This document shows positions 52,791-64,000 of a stretch of 64,000 nt of DNA, one piece after another. Source of the stretch: Chiloscyllium plagiosum (taxonomy: Eukaryota). Position 1 is the first letter of the stretch; the number at the start of each line of letters is the position of its first letter. The position numbers were made by a program, and so were the translations under genes. Where the stretch lies: the NCBI RefSeq assembly GCF_004010195.1, contig NC_057756.1:2916776-2980775 (forward strand), given 5' to 3'. Under the pieces are notes generated by a model. That model was not told the DNA's origin and did no database searches. It saw only the letters and a list, made by a program, of their open reading frames with translations.

Positions 52791-54298
52791 TGCTGGAAAA
52801 ACACAGCAGGTCATGCAGCATCTGACGTATAGGAAAGTCGACGTTTTGGGCGAAAGCCCTTCATCATAACAGAAGACAGGGTTCCTCCCGGGTGGAGAGA
52901 TTAATGGGTGGGGGGTGGGGCGGGGAGATGGTAGCAAAGAGTACAATGGGTGTTTGGGGGTGTGGATGAAGGTGATAGGTCTGACAGAAGGATGGAACAG
53001 ATAGATGAGAAGAAAGATGACATATAGGACGGGTCATCAGGATGGTGCTAAGTAGGAAGGTTGTAACTGGGGTAAGTTGGAGGGAGGGGACATGAGGAAA
53101 CTGGTGATGTCCACATGGATGTCCTGGTGTTGAAGTGTTCTGAGGTGGTAGATGAGGCGTTCTTCCTCCAGGCGTTGGATGGTGAAGGAGCAGTGGTGGA
53201 GGAGGCCCAGGACCTGCAATTCCTCGGGCAGGGTGAGAGGCGACGTTGAAGTTATGGGCCACAGGCCGGTGGGGTTGATTGGAGTTGGTGTGCCAGATAT
53301 GTTCCCTAAAGCGCTCTGCGAGAAGGTGTCCAGTCTCCACAATGTAGAGAAGAGCGCATCGGAAGCAATGGATATAATAAATTACATATGCAGGTGAAAC
53401 TTTAATGGATGTTGAAGGCTCTTTTGGGCCCTTGCATTGTGGTGAGGGGGGAGGTGTGGGCGCATATTTTGCAATTTCGGTGGTAGCAAGTGAAGGTGCC
53501 AGGAGGGGAGATGTGTTGTTTGGGGGGCGTTTACCTGACCAGGTAGTCACGGAGGGAACAGTCTTTGAGAAAAGTGGAAAGGGGTGGTGAAGGGAAATAT
53601 ATCCCTGGTGGTAGGATCCATTTGGAGATTGCAGAAATGTCGTTGGATGATGTGGCTTATGCGAAGGTTAGTAGGGTGGCGATGAGGTCAAGGGAGGTTC
53701 TGGCCTTGTTACGGTAAGAGGGGTGGTGTCTGAGGGCGGAGGTGAAGGACGTGGATGAGCTGCATTGGAGGCCATCTTCAACCACGTGAGAAGGGAAATT
53801 ATGGTTTTTGTAGAAGGAGACCATCTTGTGTGTTCTTTTCTCCTGGGAGCAGATACGACGGAGTCGGAGGAATTGGGAATACACTATAGCATTTTAGCTG
53901 AAGGTAGGGTGGAAAGATTTCTAATCCAGGTAGTAGTGGGATTCGGTGGGTTTGTAAAGAAAAGTGTCAGTGTCAAGTCGGTCGTCATTGATGGAGATGG
54001 AGTGGTCAACGAAGGGAAGGGAGGTGTTAGAGATGGTCCAGGTGAATTTAATGTCGTTGTGGAATGTGTTGATGAAGTTGATGAACTGCTCAACCTCCAC
54101 GCAGGAGCTCGAGGTGGCGACGATGCGGTCATCAATGCAGTGGAGGAAGGGGTGGGGAGTGGTACCAGTGTAACTATGTAAGATGGACTGTTCTACGTAG
54201 CCGACAAAGAGACAGGCATAGCCTGCGCCCATACGGGTGCCCATGGCTACCCCTGTGGTCTGGAAGAAGTGGGTAGATTCGAAGGAGAAATTGATAAG
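52791..54298 (-). mobile_element. Penelope-like element, same family as 1922-3919, 5'-truncated
   Basis: Minus strand NFSFESTHFFQTTGVAMGTRMGAGYACLFVGYVEQ...CIDD; YSQFLRLRRICSQE; IYYIHCFRCALLYIVETGHLLAERFREH; terminal tail tgctggaaaaacacagcagg. Confidence 0.92.
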
Positions 54299-55079
54299 CA
54301 TCATGCAAGGTAAGTCCTGTGTGAGTGATTTATGATTATTACAAGGAAGTATTAACTATGGTTGTCAAAGGGAAACCAGTATTTCATGTTGCATTTCGAC
54401 TTCTGAATGTAGTTTGACAAGATAATCCACAATTATTTTTGTCAAAAGAAAAATGTTCACGGTGTTGGACATAATATTTTGGCATTAAAGCGAACTGGCC
54501 AAATGCAGAAAGCAGCCAAACTTTTTTCTTTCGTTTTACAAACTGTCCAATTGCGTGTTTAAATATATTGTGGGAGAGAAGCAACTGCTCTTCAGTAAGA
54601 CTCTTAGATGCCACAAAAATTGTGGAAACGTAGGTGCAACAAGCATGTAACAAGTTTGCAGAAGAGTGTTGATCAATTATGTCGATGAACAAATGAAATT
54701 AAAAACTTGAGAATGAACAGTTTTTTTTTGGAGTGGACAAGAAAAGAATGTAGTATTCGTTAAATGTAGAGAGAAATTTAGACAGCTGGAACACAAATGA
54801 ACCTATGATGTACTTGTGCAGGAAACTGCCACAAACGTGTTGTAGATAGTCCAAAAATATGAATGATAATGGTTTTGAAACAGAAAAGTACAGAGGTTTT
54901 ACTGCAAATGTACAATGTGCAGGAAAGACCACATCTGGAGCAATGTGAGCATTTTGAACAAATTTTCCAATCTTCATGCCAATGAGTCATACAACATGGA
55001 AGCTAACTCTTGGGTCCAAGAAGCCCAGGCTGATCACTTTCCTCAACCGAACTCGTCCCACTTCATAACGCCTGACCGA

Positions 55080-55930
55080 CATCCCTCAGCCCATTTTCTA
55101 TGAATGTGCTAATTCCAGAACTTCTGTTTACATTGTACACCACCTTCTCTAGAATTGCATCCCCCACCCAAGCGACTCTCTGTCCATGAACAAAAAAAAG
55201 ATGCTTATGTTGTTTAAAGTGTTTCTCCTCTCAAATTAAAAAAAAGACTTAGTCTTGAAATCCCTGAGTCCAGGGACAAGACAGCTGGCATTCACCTTAC
55301 ATGCATGGCACGTGCTTTGATAAACCACGATAAAGTCACCCAGTCAACTTCTTATTCTCCAGTGAAAGGAAGTCCAATCCATTCTTCCACTCTGTATAAC
55401 TATTTCCAGCAATATCATGTTTACATCTTGGAATGTTTTTGTCAGATCATAAAATGTATACTGTGATGATCTACAGTTTGGAAAGATTTTCTGAAGTGCA
55501 AATTTGTCAGGTTGGAAAACAATTCCTTTGGCATTTGGAAGAATGAGATGTTCTCTCTTGGAAACATATTGAATTCTTGTGTGGCGTGGAATGGTTCGTA
55601 CTGAGAGGATATTTCCCCTCACAGGAGAATGTCAGATTAGAGGCCATTTTGTCAGAATTACCGGCTGTGATTTTAAAGAGAATTGATGAGGGACTTCTGT
55701 AAGACTGGGATGGGACTTTGGAACTCATTGACAGACAGAGCCGTGGAGGAAGATTCTTTGTGCACATTTAAGCTGACATCGACAGTCTATTGATAAACGG
55801 GGAAAGTAATGGCTCTGGGGAAAGTACAGAAAAGTGGAGTTGAAGGCAGTTAGATCATGACCTTATCGAAAGTTGGGGCATGTTCGAAGGTTTGTCAAAA
55901 ATGTCCCTGTTTCCAGTTCCTGCAGCCATG
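55080..55930. mobile_element. Two short CR1 3'-end remnants in opposite orientations
   Basis: 55080-55480 resembles the minus-strand CR1 tails elsewhere in the window; 55500-55930 resembles the plus-strand tail at 42040-42390. Confidence 0.5.
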
Positions 55931-56029
55931 TGCGTTCAACATCTTTGGCTGTGTACAGTGAATTTTGACATAAATCAGAGCTGAATTCCCATAATGACAA
56001 TAGGAATGAAAATTTATTGTAACATTATA

Positions 56030-56285
56030 GGTGGGTGGCACGGTGGCACAGTAGTTATCACTGCTGCCTCACTGCACCAGAGATCCGCATGGAGTTTGCG
56101 TGAGTTTCTTCCGGGGGCTCCGATTTCCTCCCACAGTCCAAAAATGTGCAGGTTAGTTGATTTGGCCATGCTAAATTATCTGTAGTGTTAGGTAAATATA
56201 GGGGGACGGGTCTGCATGGGATGCTCTTCAGAGGGTCAGTGTGGACTTGTTGGGCCAGACGGCCTGTTTCCATACTGTAAGTAAT
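56030..56285 (+). mobile_element. HE1/V-SINE-like SINE, internally deleted
   Basis: gggtggcacggtggcacagtagttatcactgctgcctcac...tggagtttgc...ttcctcccacagtccaaaaatgtgcaggttag...ggcctgtttccatactgtaa. Confidence 0.85.
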
Positions 56286-57641
56286 CTACTAATTTTTCGT
56301 TTGTGGATCTGGCTCTGAGTAACGTGCACAAAACTGATACATAAACCTGTGGCAGTTTGAGATAACGCCAGTGAAGAAAATTTTTCGATTTATTTGCTGA
56401 TGGATGGAAATATAACGCAATACTTGAGAATACCTCTTATGGGATTAATGAGAATTGTGATTGAGAAAATAAAATGTTTCAAGAAGAAATTAATCAGGAA
56501 CATGATCAAGATCAATTTCAATTATGAAGACAACTGAAGAGCGGTTCATTTTAATCTGCCTTGTAGTTTGTAAACAAAATGCAATCGATTTTTTTTTAAA
56601 TTCAACTGGCATTCCAAATACCAATGTAAGTATGTGCAATACATGTTCATTACTTATCTGTCTTTTCAGCAAGCCAACCCATGGAGACATACATTACTCC
56701 AGTACTCGTTGTCTGTGTCTGCTCCATGGTACTTGGTGTGAAGTGTCAATAGTAGTCATTCAATATGATTGCCACAACAGAATGCCACCTTTGTAACACT
56801 GAATGTCAGGAAACATTTGTGTCTACAAGATGTTCTGAAAATAAACATCTTCACTCCACTGTCTTAAATCTCCAATGTGGACATTTGTATTTTTGCAAAC
56901 TGATCGTGATCCTCTTGATGCATTTGTCCTGAATTTTTTTTGCCGGTTTTACAATGTCCACTGTGCTCAACAAAATTCAGGTGGAAAATACGCATAAGTC
57001 CTCCTTCAGACATTACCAAAGGATCTTTTTTATGTATTTTGTAAATGACATTTCAAGGTGCTATTGACTGTTTATTTTGATGAATTTCCTGTGACCAAAT
57101 GCAGTTCCTGTTTGTTTTTTTCAATTCCACCCATAAATTGATGCGTCACTTTATGCACTAAGGCATGTTCTCATGCTTATTGAGACATAATAAACAAATG
57201 CTGTAAATATTGCAAAAGCTTTCTGGGTTCCAATTTTATTCCCCTCACTCTCACTACCACTGTTTTTGTGTTATGCGCTGCTAGCCTGTTAGCCGCACCA
57301 CTGAAGCCATTCACACATTAGACATTGTTCATTGTTCATTCTAATGTTTAATTATCCCCATAAACACCACTGAGCTCAAGCTATTACGTTGTTATTCTAT
57401 TTCCAGCAGCACGTTAAAAACCTTTTGGCACATTAGTTATCGAAAAAAATGACCCTCATCACTGGCTATAATTTCCGATTTTTTAAGTTCAAAGTTAATT
57501 TGATTACATTCTCTATTTCACTTTCCAATCTCCACGTAAGTCGCTGCCTCAAATTATTCACAACTGAATAAAAATGATCATCCATGTCCTTTAAGGAAAA
57601 CAGGGCCAATAGTATTGGAAACTCTGAATGAAAATCAAATC

Positions 57642-57952
57642 GAATTCGACTGGGACAACACTACCATTATAGGGCAAGCCAAACAAATAACAGCCAGAGA
57701 ATTCCTAGAAGCATGGCACTCATCCACAAACTCCATCAACAAACACATAGACCTGGACCCAATATACCGGCCACTATAGCGGACAGCTGAAACTGACAAC
57801 CGGAAGCGGCAGGGACAGGCCACTATAAATTCCGGAGGAAACACCACAGAAGCGCTTCACAGGAGGCTCCCAAGCACTGAGAATGTCACCTAGACAGGGA
57901 ACAAAACGTTTGCAACAAAAATTTCCAGCTCGGCGAACAGAACCACAACAAT
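57642..57952 (+). mobile_element. 3' fragment of a third PLE family (GIY-YIG C-terminus + tail) with an 11-bp TSD
   Basis: Reads EFDWDNTTIIGQAKQITAREFLEAWHSSTNSINKHIDLDPIYRPL*. aaaatcaaatc is repeated at 57631-57641 and 57953-57963. Confidence 0.8.
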
Positions 57953-58260
57953 AAAATCAAATCAATCAACCTCTGCGACATTTAGGTGAGCCGTAGGTGA
58001 AAACATTTTCTCTACTTCTCGATTCCCATAAGGAAAAACAACATGGTGATATCTGATCTATCAGGTTCTGTTCGTGGATCACATTGATCGTCCAGTCCTC
58101 CTCTTTCTCTTCCACACAATGCTTGGTCTTCGAATTTTACTCATATGACAATTATAGATCCAAACCAAATCCCAGTAATCCATCTCTAAATTGTGTACAA
58201 TAAATGCACAAATGTGGAAAACCATATCTGCATATAGTAATTCAGAGGTTGCTGAAGCAA

Positions 58261-58335
58261 TCTCTCTCACTCTCTCTGTCTGTCTGTCTCTCTCCCTCCC
58301 TCTCTCTCTCTCTTTCTCTCTCTCGCTCACTCACT
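58261..58335. repeat. (CT)n/(CTGT)n microsatellite
   Basis: Seen directly. Confidence 0.9.
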
Positions 58336-60514
58336 GGTAATTATTCCATCTTTCTCTGTTTATATATTCGGATAAAATTTTCTTTCTGGTTTTCAGATTC
58401 ATTGCTGCCTTTTATTCGCGTTCTTTCTAAATCTCCTCCGAAAAGAAAATATCTTTTTTTTTCAGAATACCACAGTTGAGTTTCTAGGAAAAAGGACTTT
58501 TTTAAGAAAAGAATCCACTGATCCTCGTGTCTATTACAATTAGTCTACTTTTGATGATTTGGTATAATCATGTGAAACGCTAGAATATAAACACTGCAGA
58601 GGCGGGACATCTGGAACAAGAGCAGAAACAGTAGTCTGTTTCTACATAGGGAAACTGCAGCCTTCAGGACTCCATACCGAATTCAATTTATGTGGGTTCC
58701 GAACACATTCTTCCTTGTCATTTATCCGCACACCTGTGCCTTACCTGTCATGGTATTGGCTGTTACGTTTACCTCTTAACATTCTTTACATACTCTTCCA
58801 CTAATGGTGTTTATTTCAAATTTATTTTCTCCTTTGCGGACATAGTCCATTCGTTTTGTCAAACCAACTTTTTTTCACTTTCTCAGAGTTCTGTTTCTTG
58901 CTCGTCTGTCGACAGGCCTGTTGTTCTCTTTCTATCTGCTCTGTATACACGTTTCCCTACATATTCCGTTATTTCAGCAGAAATCTGACATTTATTCGGT
59001 ACTATCACATCTGAAGAAGGGTAACTGCAGTGTAAATGTTAAGATTGCTTTCTGTCCAAACATGCTGTCAAAACAGATGATTTTCTCCCGTAAGTTTTCT
59101 TTTTTTCGTGACATTGCTGCATCAAGAGTTTAACAGATTCATTTGATCAATAAGCATTTGGCGAGTATCATATCCAAGAGCTTAAGTGATTTAAAAAAAC
59201 AAAAACATTTCACTTATTAAATTCTTAATGCAGATGCATCATGGATTGAATGAGCAAATGGCTTCTCTAGAGGCAAAATAGGCTTAAACATTTTGGTCAC
59301 TATGATAGTACTACCTCAGGTACTTATTCACTCATAATCAAAGTTATGGGTTACCTTGGTTTCGGAAAATAAAGGATACATTTAGGATCTTCCATTATTT
59401 GTCCTTGAATAATAACTGGGTGTAATAAGATTACATTGGCCTCTGATTAGCCAATCCCTGCCTAAACAACTTTAGGTTATGCATGGTCTTTCGATAATCA
59501 GTATATCAGCATCACATGTGATCAGCAAGCATCACCAAATGCAGCACAAAAGTGTCATCTTATGTGATTTGTTGTAACAGTGAACTTTTTTTTAAAATGA
59601 CAACTTGTGCGTGGAAAGAAGAAATAAAATTATATATTTTCACAAATTCAGAATCCGTTTATTGAAAAAAATGCTACTGTATTTATAGCTTTTGATCTGT
59701 ATTCGTTTCTATAATTGATCACAGACAAAACATTAAATTGCAAAGTAATACCAAACGTCTGTATTATCTGGCAGCTGCGGCCTGAATCCTTGACACTGGA
59801 AATTCATTCTAGTGCATCTATCATCTGTGTATGCAATGGATAAATATCAAAAAATAGATTAACTTTGTATGTTCAGTCTAAAATGACTTGTGTGTTGAAA
59901 AAGGAACAGGCTTTCTGGTTTGTCATGGTAACTATCATTATGACGTATTGCTGTCTGTTGCAAATCAGAAATATTCACAAACTTTCTAGAAGGATGTCAA
60001 GCCAAATGGAAAAATAAGGCGAACTCATCGAATTTCTACGGGAAGGTGTGATGCTGGGGAAAAGGTGTACTTAATAAATGAAAGCAAATTTTACTTTTTT
60101 AAGTCGGGGATGAGTTACTACATTAAAGTAACCACACTGGAATGAGGGTGCTTTTGGTTGAGTTAACATTTTGAGACCATCACATACCTCCACGAAGTCT
60201 GGTAAATTTTTGTATATAACGATTCACAGTAAATTACTTATTCTTCCCGAAGGAAAATTATTGAAGTACATTCATTATTTTTTGAAGAATGTTCAGTAGA
60301 ACCTTGTCGTTAGGCATTCATTTCACCAGTTAAAAAAAAACAAATATTGCCCGATGTCATAGCGTGAGATGAATTAACGAATTCAGAACATTAGTCTGTG
60401 GTCTGGAATAATAATCCATCAATAACGCAACAAAGAAACTTCCTTTATATTCATTCAAAGCCAAACATATCTTATTGTGATCGCAGCATTCATTGATATT
60501 GTCATTGAATCATA

Positions 60515-60897
60515 GCACTGGACAGCGAGGAAACAGCCCGTTCAGTCAAAGAGTCGATTCTCGATAGTGGGAGAACAGGTTCTTCAGGTCAACTGTGTAG
60601 GTCAACCCTTCGAAGATTAACCCACCCAGACCCATTCCTTTACCTTATTACTTCACATTTCCCCTGACTAATGCTCCTCACCTACATATCGTTGAACACT
60701 GTGGGCAATTTGGCTCAGCCAATTCACCCAATGCACATCTTTGGACTGTGGAACGAAACCGGGGCAGCTGGAGGAATCCCACCCAGACACAGCTAGGATG
60801 TGCAAATTCCACACAGACAGTAGTCCAAGGATGGAAATGGACACGTGTCCCTGACGCTGTGAAACAGCAGTGCTAACCATTCAGTTACTGTGCCGTC
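60515..60897 (-). mobile_element. HE1/V-SINE-like SINE
   Basis: Reverse complement of the HE1-like pattern (tgcacatctttggactgtgg...tgtgcaaattccacacagaca...cagcagtgctaacca...ctgtgcc). Confidence 0.85.
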
Positions 60898-61289
60898 TCA
60901 ACTTGTATATGGCCACCCGACATCCTAAAATAACTTTTTTTCCATTTCCCTTTATCTCGATGACTTTTACTTTTTGTCACTTTACCAGCCTTCGTACTTT
61001 ACTCTGGATTCTCTTTCCATATGTACACCGGCTTATGTGTAAAAGGAGTTGCCCCTTATCTCCCTTTTAAATCTTTACCCTCTCAGCTTAAATCTGTGCC
61101 CTCGAGTTTTGGATCCACTGCTCCAAGAACCTTAAAACCACCTAGCAATTATGCCTGTTGCTAGAGACTTCTTGTGGGAACTAACACAATCCTGTGTGGC
61201 AAACTATTCTGTGACTGTCATAGCGTTCTTTGTAATAGGTTTTGAAAGTATAAATCGTGTTTGTTTGACTGTCACACCTGCCAAAGTGA

Positions 61290-62950
61290 AGTGAATAGCT
61301 TCGCTGATGAGTAGTGAAGGCAGTTAATAGTAAGCAAAGATGTACAGATCAGAAAGGCATAGACAGAGGCGTACAGGTTGCATTGCCCAGGGCGTGCTCA
61401 AAGCGAGCGGAATGTTTGCAATGCCAGCTTGACTTTAGGTTAGAGAGCCCATTCATCCAACTAATAATGGCAGGGAATAAGATGTTCCTGAACATATTGT
61501 TGCGTGTGCTCAGTGTTTTGTATTTCCAAACTGCTGGAAGAGGTTGTAGAAGATCTTTACCAGTGTGCAGTGATTTATTGATAATGTCAGGAACCTTTCT
61601 GTGGCACTGAATCATGTAAATGCGGTTCATGGATGGACGGTTGTCTTCCGTGATTATCTGGGCTGTGCACACCATCTTCTGTAGATTTTATGATCACCGG
61701 CACAGCAGTTGCCATACCAGGCCGTAAAGCACTTTTATAGTGGGCTTTCAATGTGGCATCAGTCCACATTACTGAGACCGTAATGGACATGCCAAACTCC
61801 TGAGCCACTTGACGAAGAAGGGGCATTGTGGTGCGTTTTTGACCATCGGGCATTGAGTGCGAAATTCAGGACAGATTGTTGTTTATCGTCCCTCCTAGAA
61901 ACATCATGCTCTCCAAACTCTCACCCTCAGTTCTGTTGATGTGGAATGGGCTTGTTCTCCTCTGTGCCAAATATCAATTATCATTTGTATTTGTGTTGAG
62001 GTTGCGAGAGATTTTGTTCTTATTGTACCAGAAAAGCGAGCTCTGTATCTTCCTTCTATGCTGAGATTCGTCCTTGTCACATGTCCGTTAAACTATTTTG
62101 CTGTCGTCAGCTAAATTATAGTTCATGCTCGTATGGATTTTTTTAACACAGTCATTCGTGTAGAGGGAGTAGAGACTGAGTCTGAGGACGCTTCCTTCGG
62201 GTTTCCAGTGTTGTGTGTTATCGTGGAGGAGTGCAGTCACTTAGCTACTTTGAGGTCTGTGGTTCAGAAAGCTGAAGATGCATTTGAAGAGGTCAGTGGC
62301 GACAGCAATCTCACAGAGATTTAACAACATTCTGGAGACAATAATGGTATTAATGGCAGAGCTGTAGGAAATGAGTAGGAATCTGAAAAAGTTGTCCTTG
62401 TATCCAGATGTTCTCGGGATGACTGTTGGGCTAGGGATGTGACCTGTTAGGTTGGTTGGCGATTTGTAGGCAATTGCAGCAGCCTTGGAGATTGGAGTTG
62501 CTGGAGACAAGGAGCAGCTTGTCGAAACTCTTCATGATTATTGAAGTCAATATAACTAGGTGGTAATCATTAAGGCAAATTGCATGTGCTTTCTTAGATA
62601 TTAGGATAATGGTGCATCGGTGAAGCAGGTGGGCACTTTGGCTTGTCGGGGAAAGAGCTTGAAGATGTTGATGAATGCTTCCGCCAATTGGTCCGAGTAG
62701 GATCACAACATCCGCCACGAACACCATCCAGGCTCGTAAATGTGCTTGGGTTTACTGCCAGGATATCCGATCTGATTTCAGCTGTGGTATGTGCATTTGG
62801 GGCTGTTGCTGAAGTTGTCACTGCATCTCTGGCATTATGCTCAAACCAAACATAAAACGTATCGAGCTTGTTAAGTAGGGATATATCATTGCGTGGTTTC
62901 TTGCTGTTGGAATCAACACACCAATCCAGTTTCATGTAGAGTTTAGCTGA
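61290..62950 (-). mobile_element. Rex1/Babar-type LINE remnant
   Basis: Minus strand ICLNDYHLVILTSIIMKSFDKL (Rex1 '[21 protein letters not shown]') and LLISYSSAINTII ('LFIDYSSAFNTI'), plus a Rex1-like C-terminus (HTGKDLLQPLP...RNNMFRNILFPAII). Confidence 0.82.
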
Positions 62951-63652
62951 GAGGCAAAGATCGACTTCTGCAATTTGAGTTTTAAGTAAGGCAATGTTCA
63001 ATGGAGACAAATACTGCCCAGAGTAAACAGAAAAGCCAGCTCACAGAAACATTAAGAACTGTGAAGGGTGTGAAAAATGCTATTTGTCAGCAATCTGTGC
63101 CATGAGAAGAAAAACATGATTCTTACAAAAATTAAACCTAGATATCGAAGGAGGAAAAGTCAGAAATAACATTATACTAACGGGTTTGCGAACTGCAAAC
63201 AAGTCTACAAATCACAGATCAGACAACAATGCAAAGTTAAAAATTATTTACAATCAATTATTAAGAACAGCTAGCAAAAGTAACGAAGGGACAGCCGGCA
63301 AATGCATTAAAAATAGAATAATTCATACTTATATGAAACGTGAAAAGGCTGTTTACGAGTACTACTGGCCTACTAAAGGCAGAGAATGGAGATGTTCTCA
63401 TCGACCACGGGAAATGACATGTATGCTGAACACTTATCGTGCTTGGGTATTGAGAGCATAAAAGGAGACTAGCTTGCCAGAGGTCGACTCCCTTTCTCGC
63501 CAAGAATTATTCCGAGCATCATGGATAGAGTCTAAATGAAATTTGCTTAACTGAATCATCAATAATGCAAAAAATAATTGAACTGAAAATATGCTTCTAA
63601 TTATATAAAACGATAAAACATGTTGCAATGTCATGTTTTTTTTTCCTTCTAG

Positions 63653-63688
63653 ATCTTAAAGAGCTGAAGGGTAGATTGGAAATGCTTG
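63653..63688 (+). CDS. Candidate micro-exon E10 (36 nt, phase 1-1): DLKELKGRLEML
   Basis: Strong acceptor gtttttttttccttctAG; donor TTG|GTGAGT; heptad-like Leu spacing. Confidence 0.75.
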
Positions 63689-64000
63689 GTGAGTAAAAAT
63701 AGCTTTTCCACATCTAGTCCATAAAATATGTTGTTGTTGCTTTAAATATATTTCTATAAACATATTTAATTAAAAGCTTTTTTTTACTTCTTTTACAAAA
63801 CATTTATACATAAAGAAAAAATAATCATCAGACCAGAAAAGAAGTATAAAAATCAAAACAAACATATTGAATAAACACTGGCTTAACTTACATTCAAGTT
63901 ACTTAAATTATATACTGTCAACTTACTTTTTTTCTGTATTACTCATCAAAACTCCACTGAGGCTCCCATCCCTGGGAGTAACCCTACAGTACCCATATTC

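Noticed and set aside
59969..59995. 27-nt phase-1 candidate EIFTNFLEG
   Set aside because: The donor GAT|GTCAAG is poor and within chance expectation.
1..64000. Prokaryotic systems (CRISPR arrays, operons, defence islands), rRNA or true tRNA genes
   Set aside because: No repeat-spacer arrays, no dense long ORFs and no rRNA-like sequence were seen. The tRNA-like boxes belong to SINE heads.

Overview
Eukaryotic, AT-rich, repeat-dominated genomic DNA, most consistent with a cartilaginous fish (shark), judged from HE1/V-SINE-like and SacSINE1/DeuSINE-like SINEs plus abundant CR1 LINEs and Penelope-like elements. None of the supplied ORFs looks like an intact host gene. Most recognisable sequence is decayed mobile DNA: CR1 and Rex1/Babar LINEs, several Penelope-like elements (PLEs) with hammerhead-ribozyme-like motifs, a class I (epsilon/gamma-type) endogenous retrovirus remnant split by a PLE, and a Gmr1-like Gypsy element (integrase before RT) whose LTR-gag-protease block is tandemly duplicated. 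The main signal not shown by the ORF track is a chain of at least 10 tiny + strand exons of 27, 30 or 36 nt between 14.1 kb and 63.7 kb. All have AG/GT boundaries and the same phase (1-1), and they splice into one stop-free, charged, coiled-coil-like reading frame with an apparent repeating exon pattern. The window therefore seems to lie inside a large micro-exon gene whose start and end fall outside it. All calls were made by eye; no database or alignment was run, and repeat boundaries are approximate.
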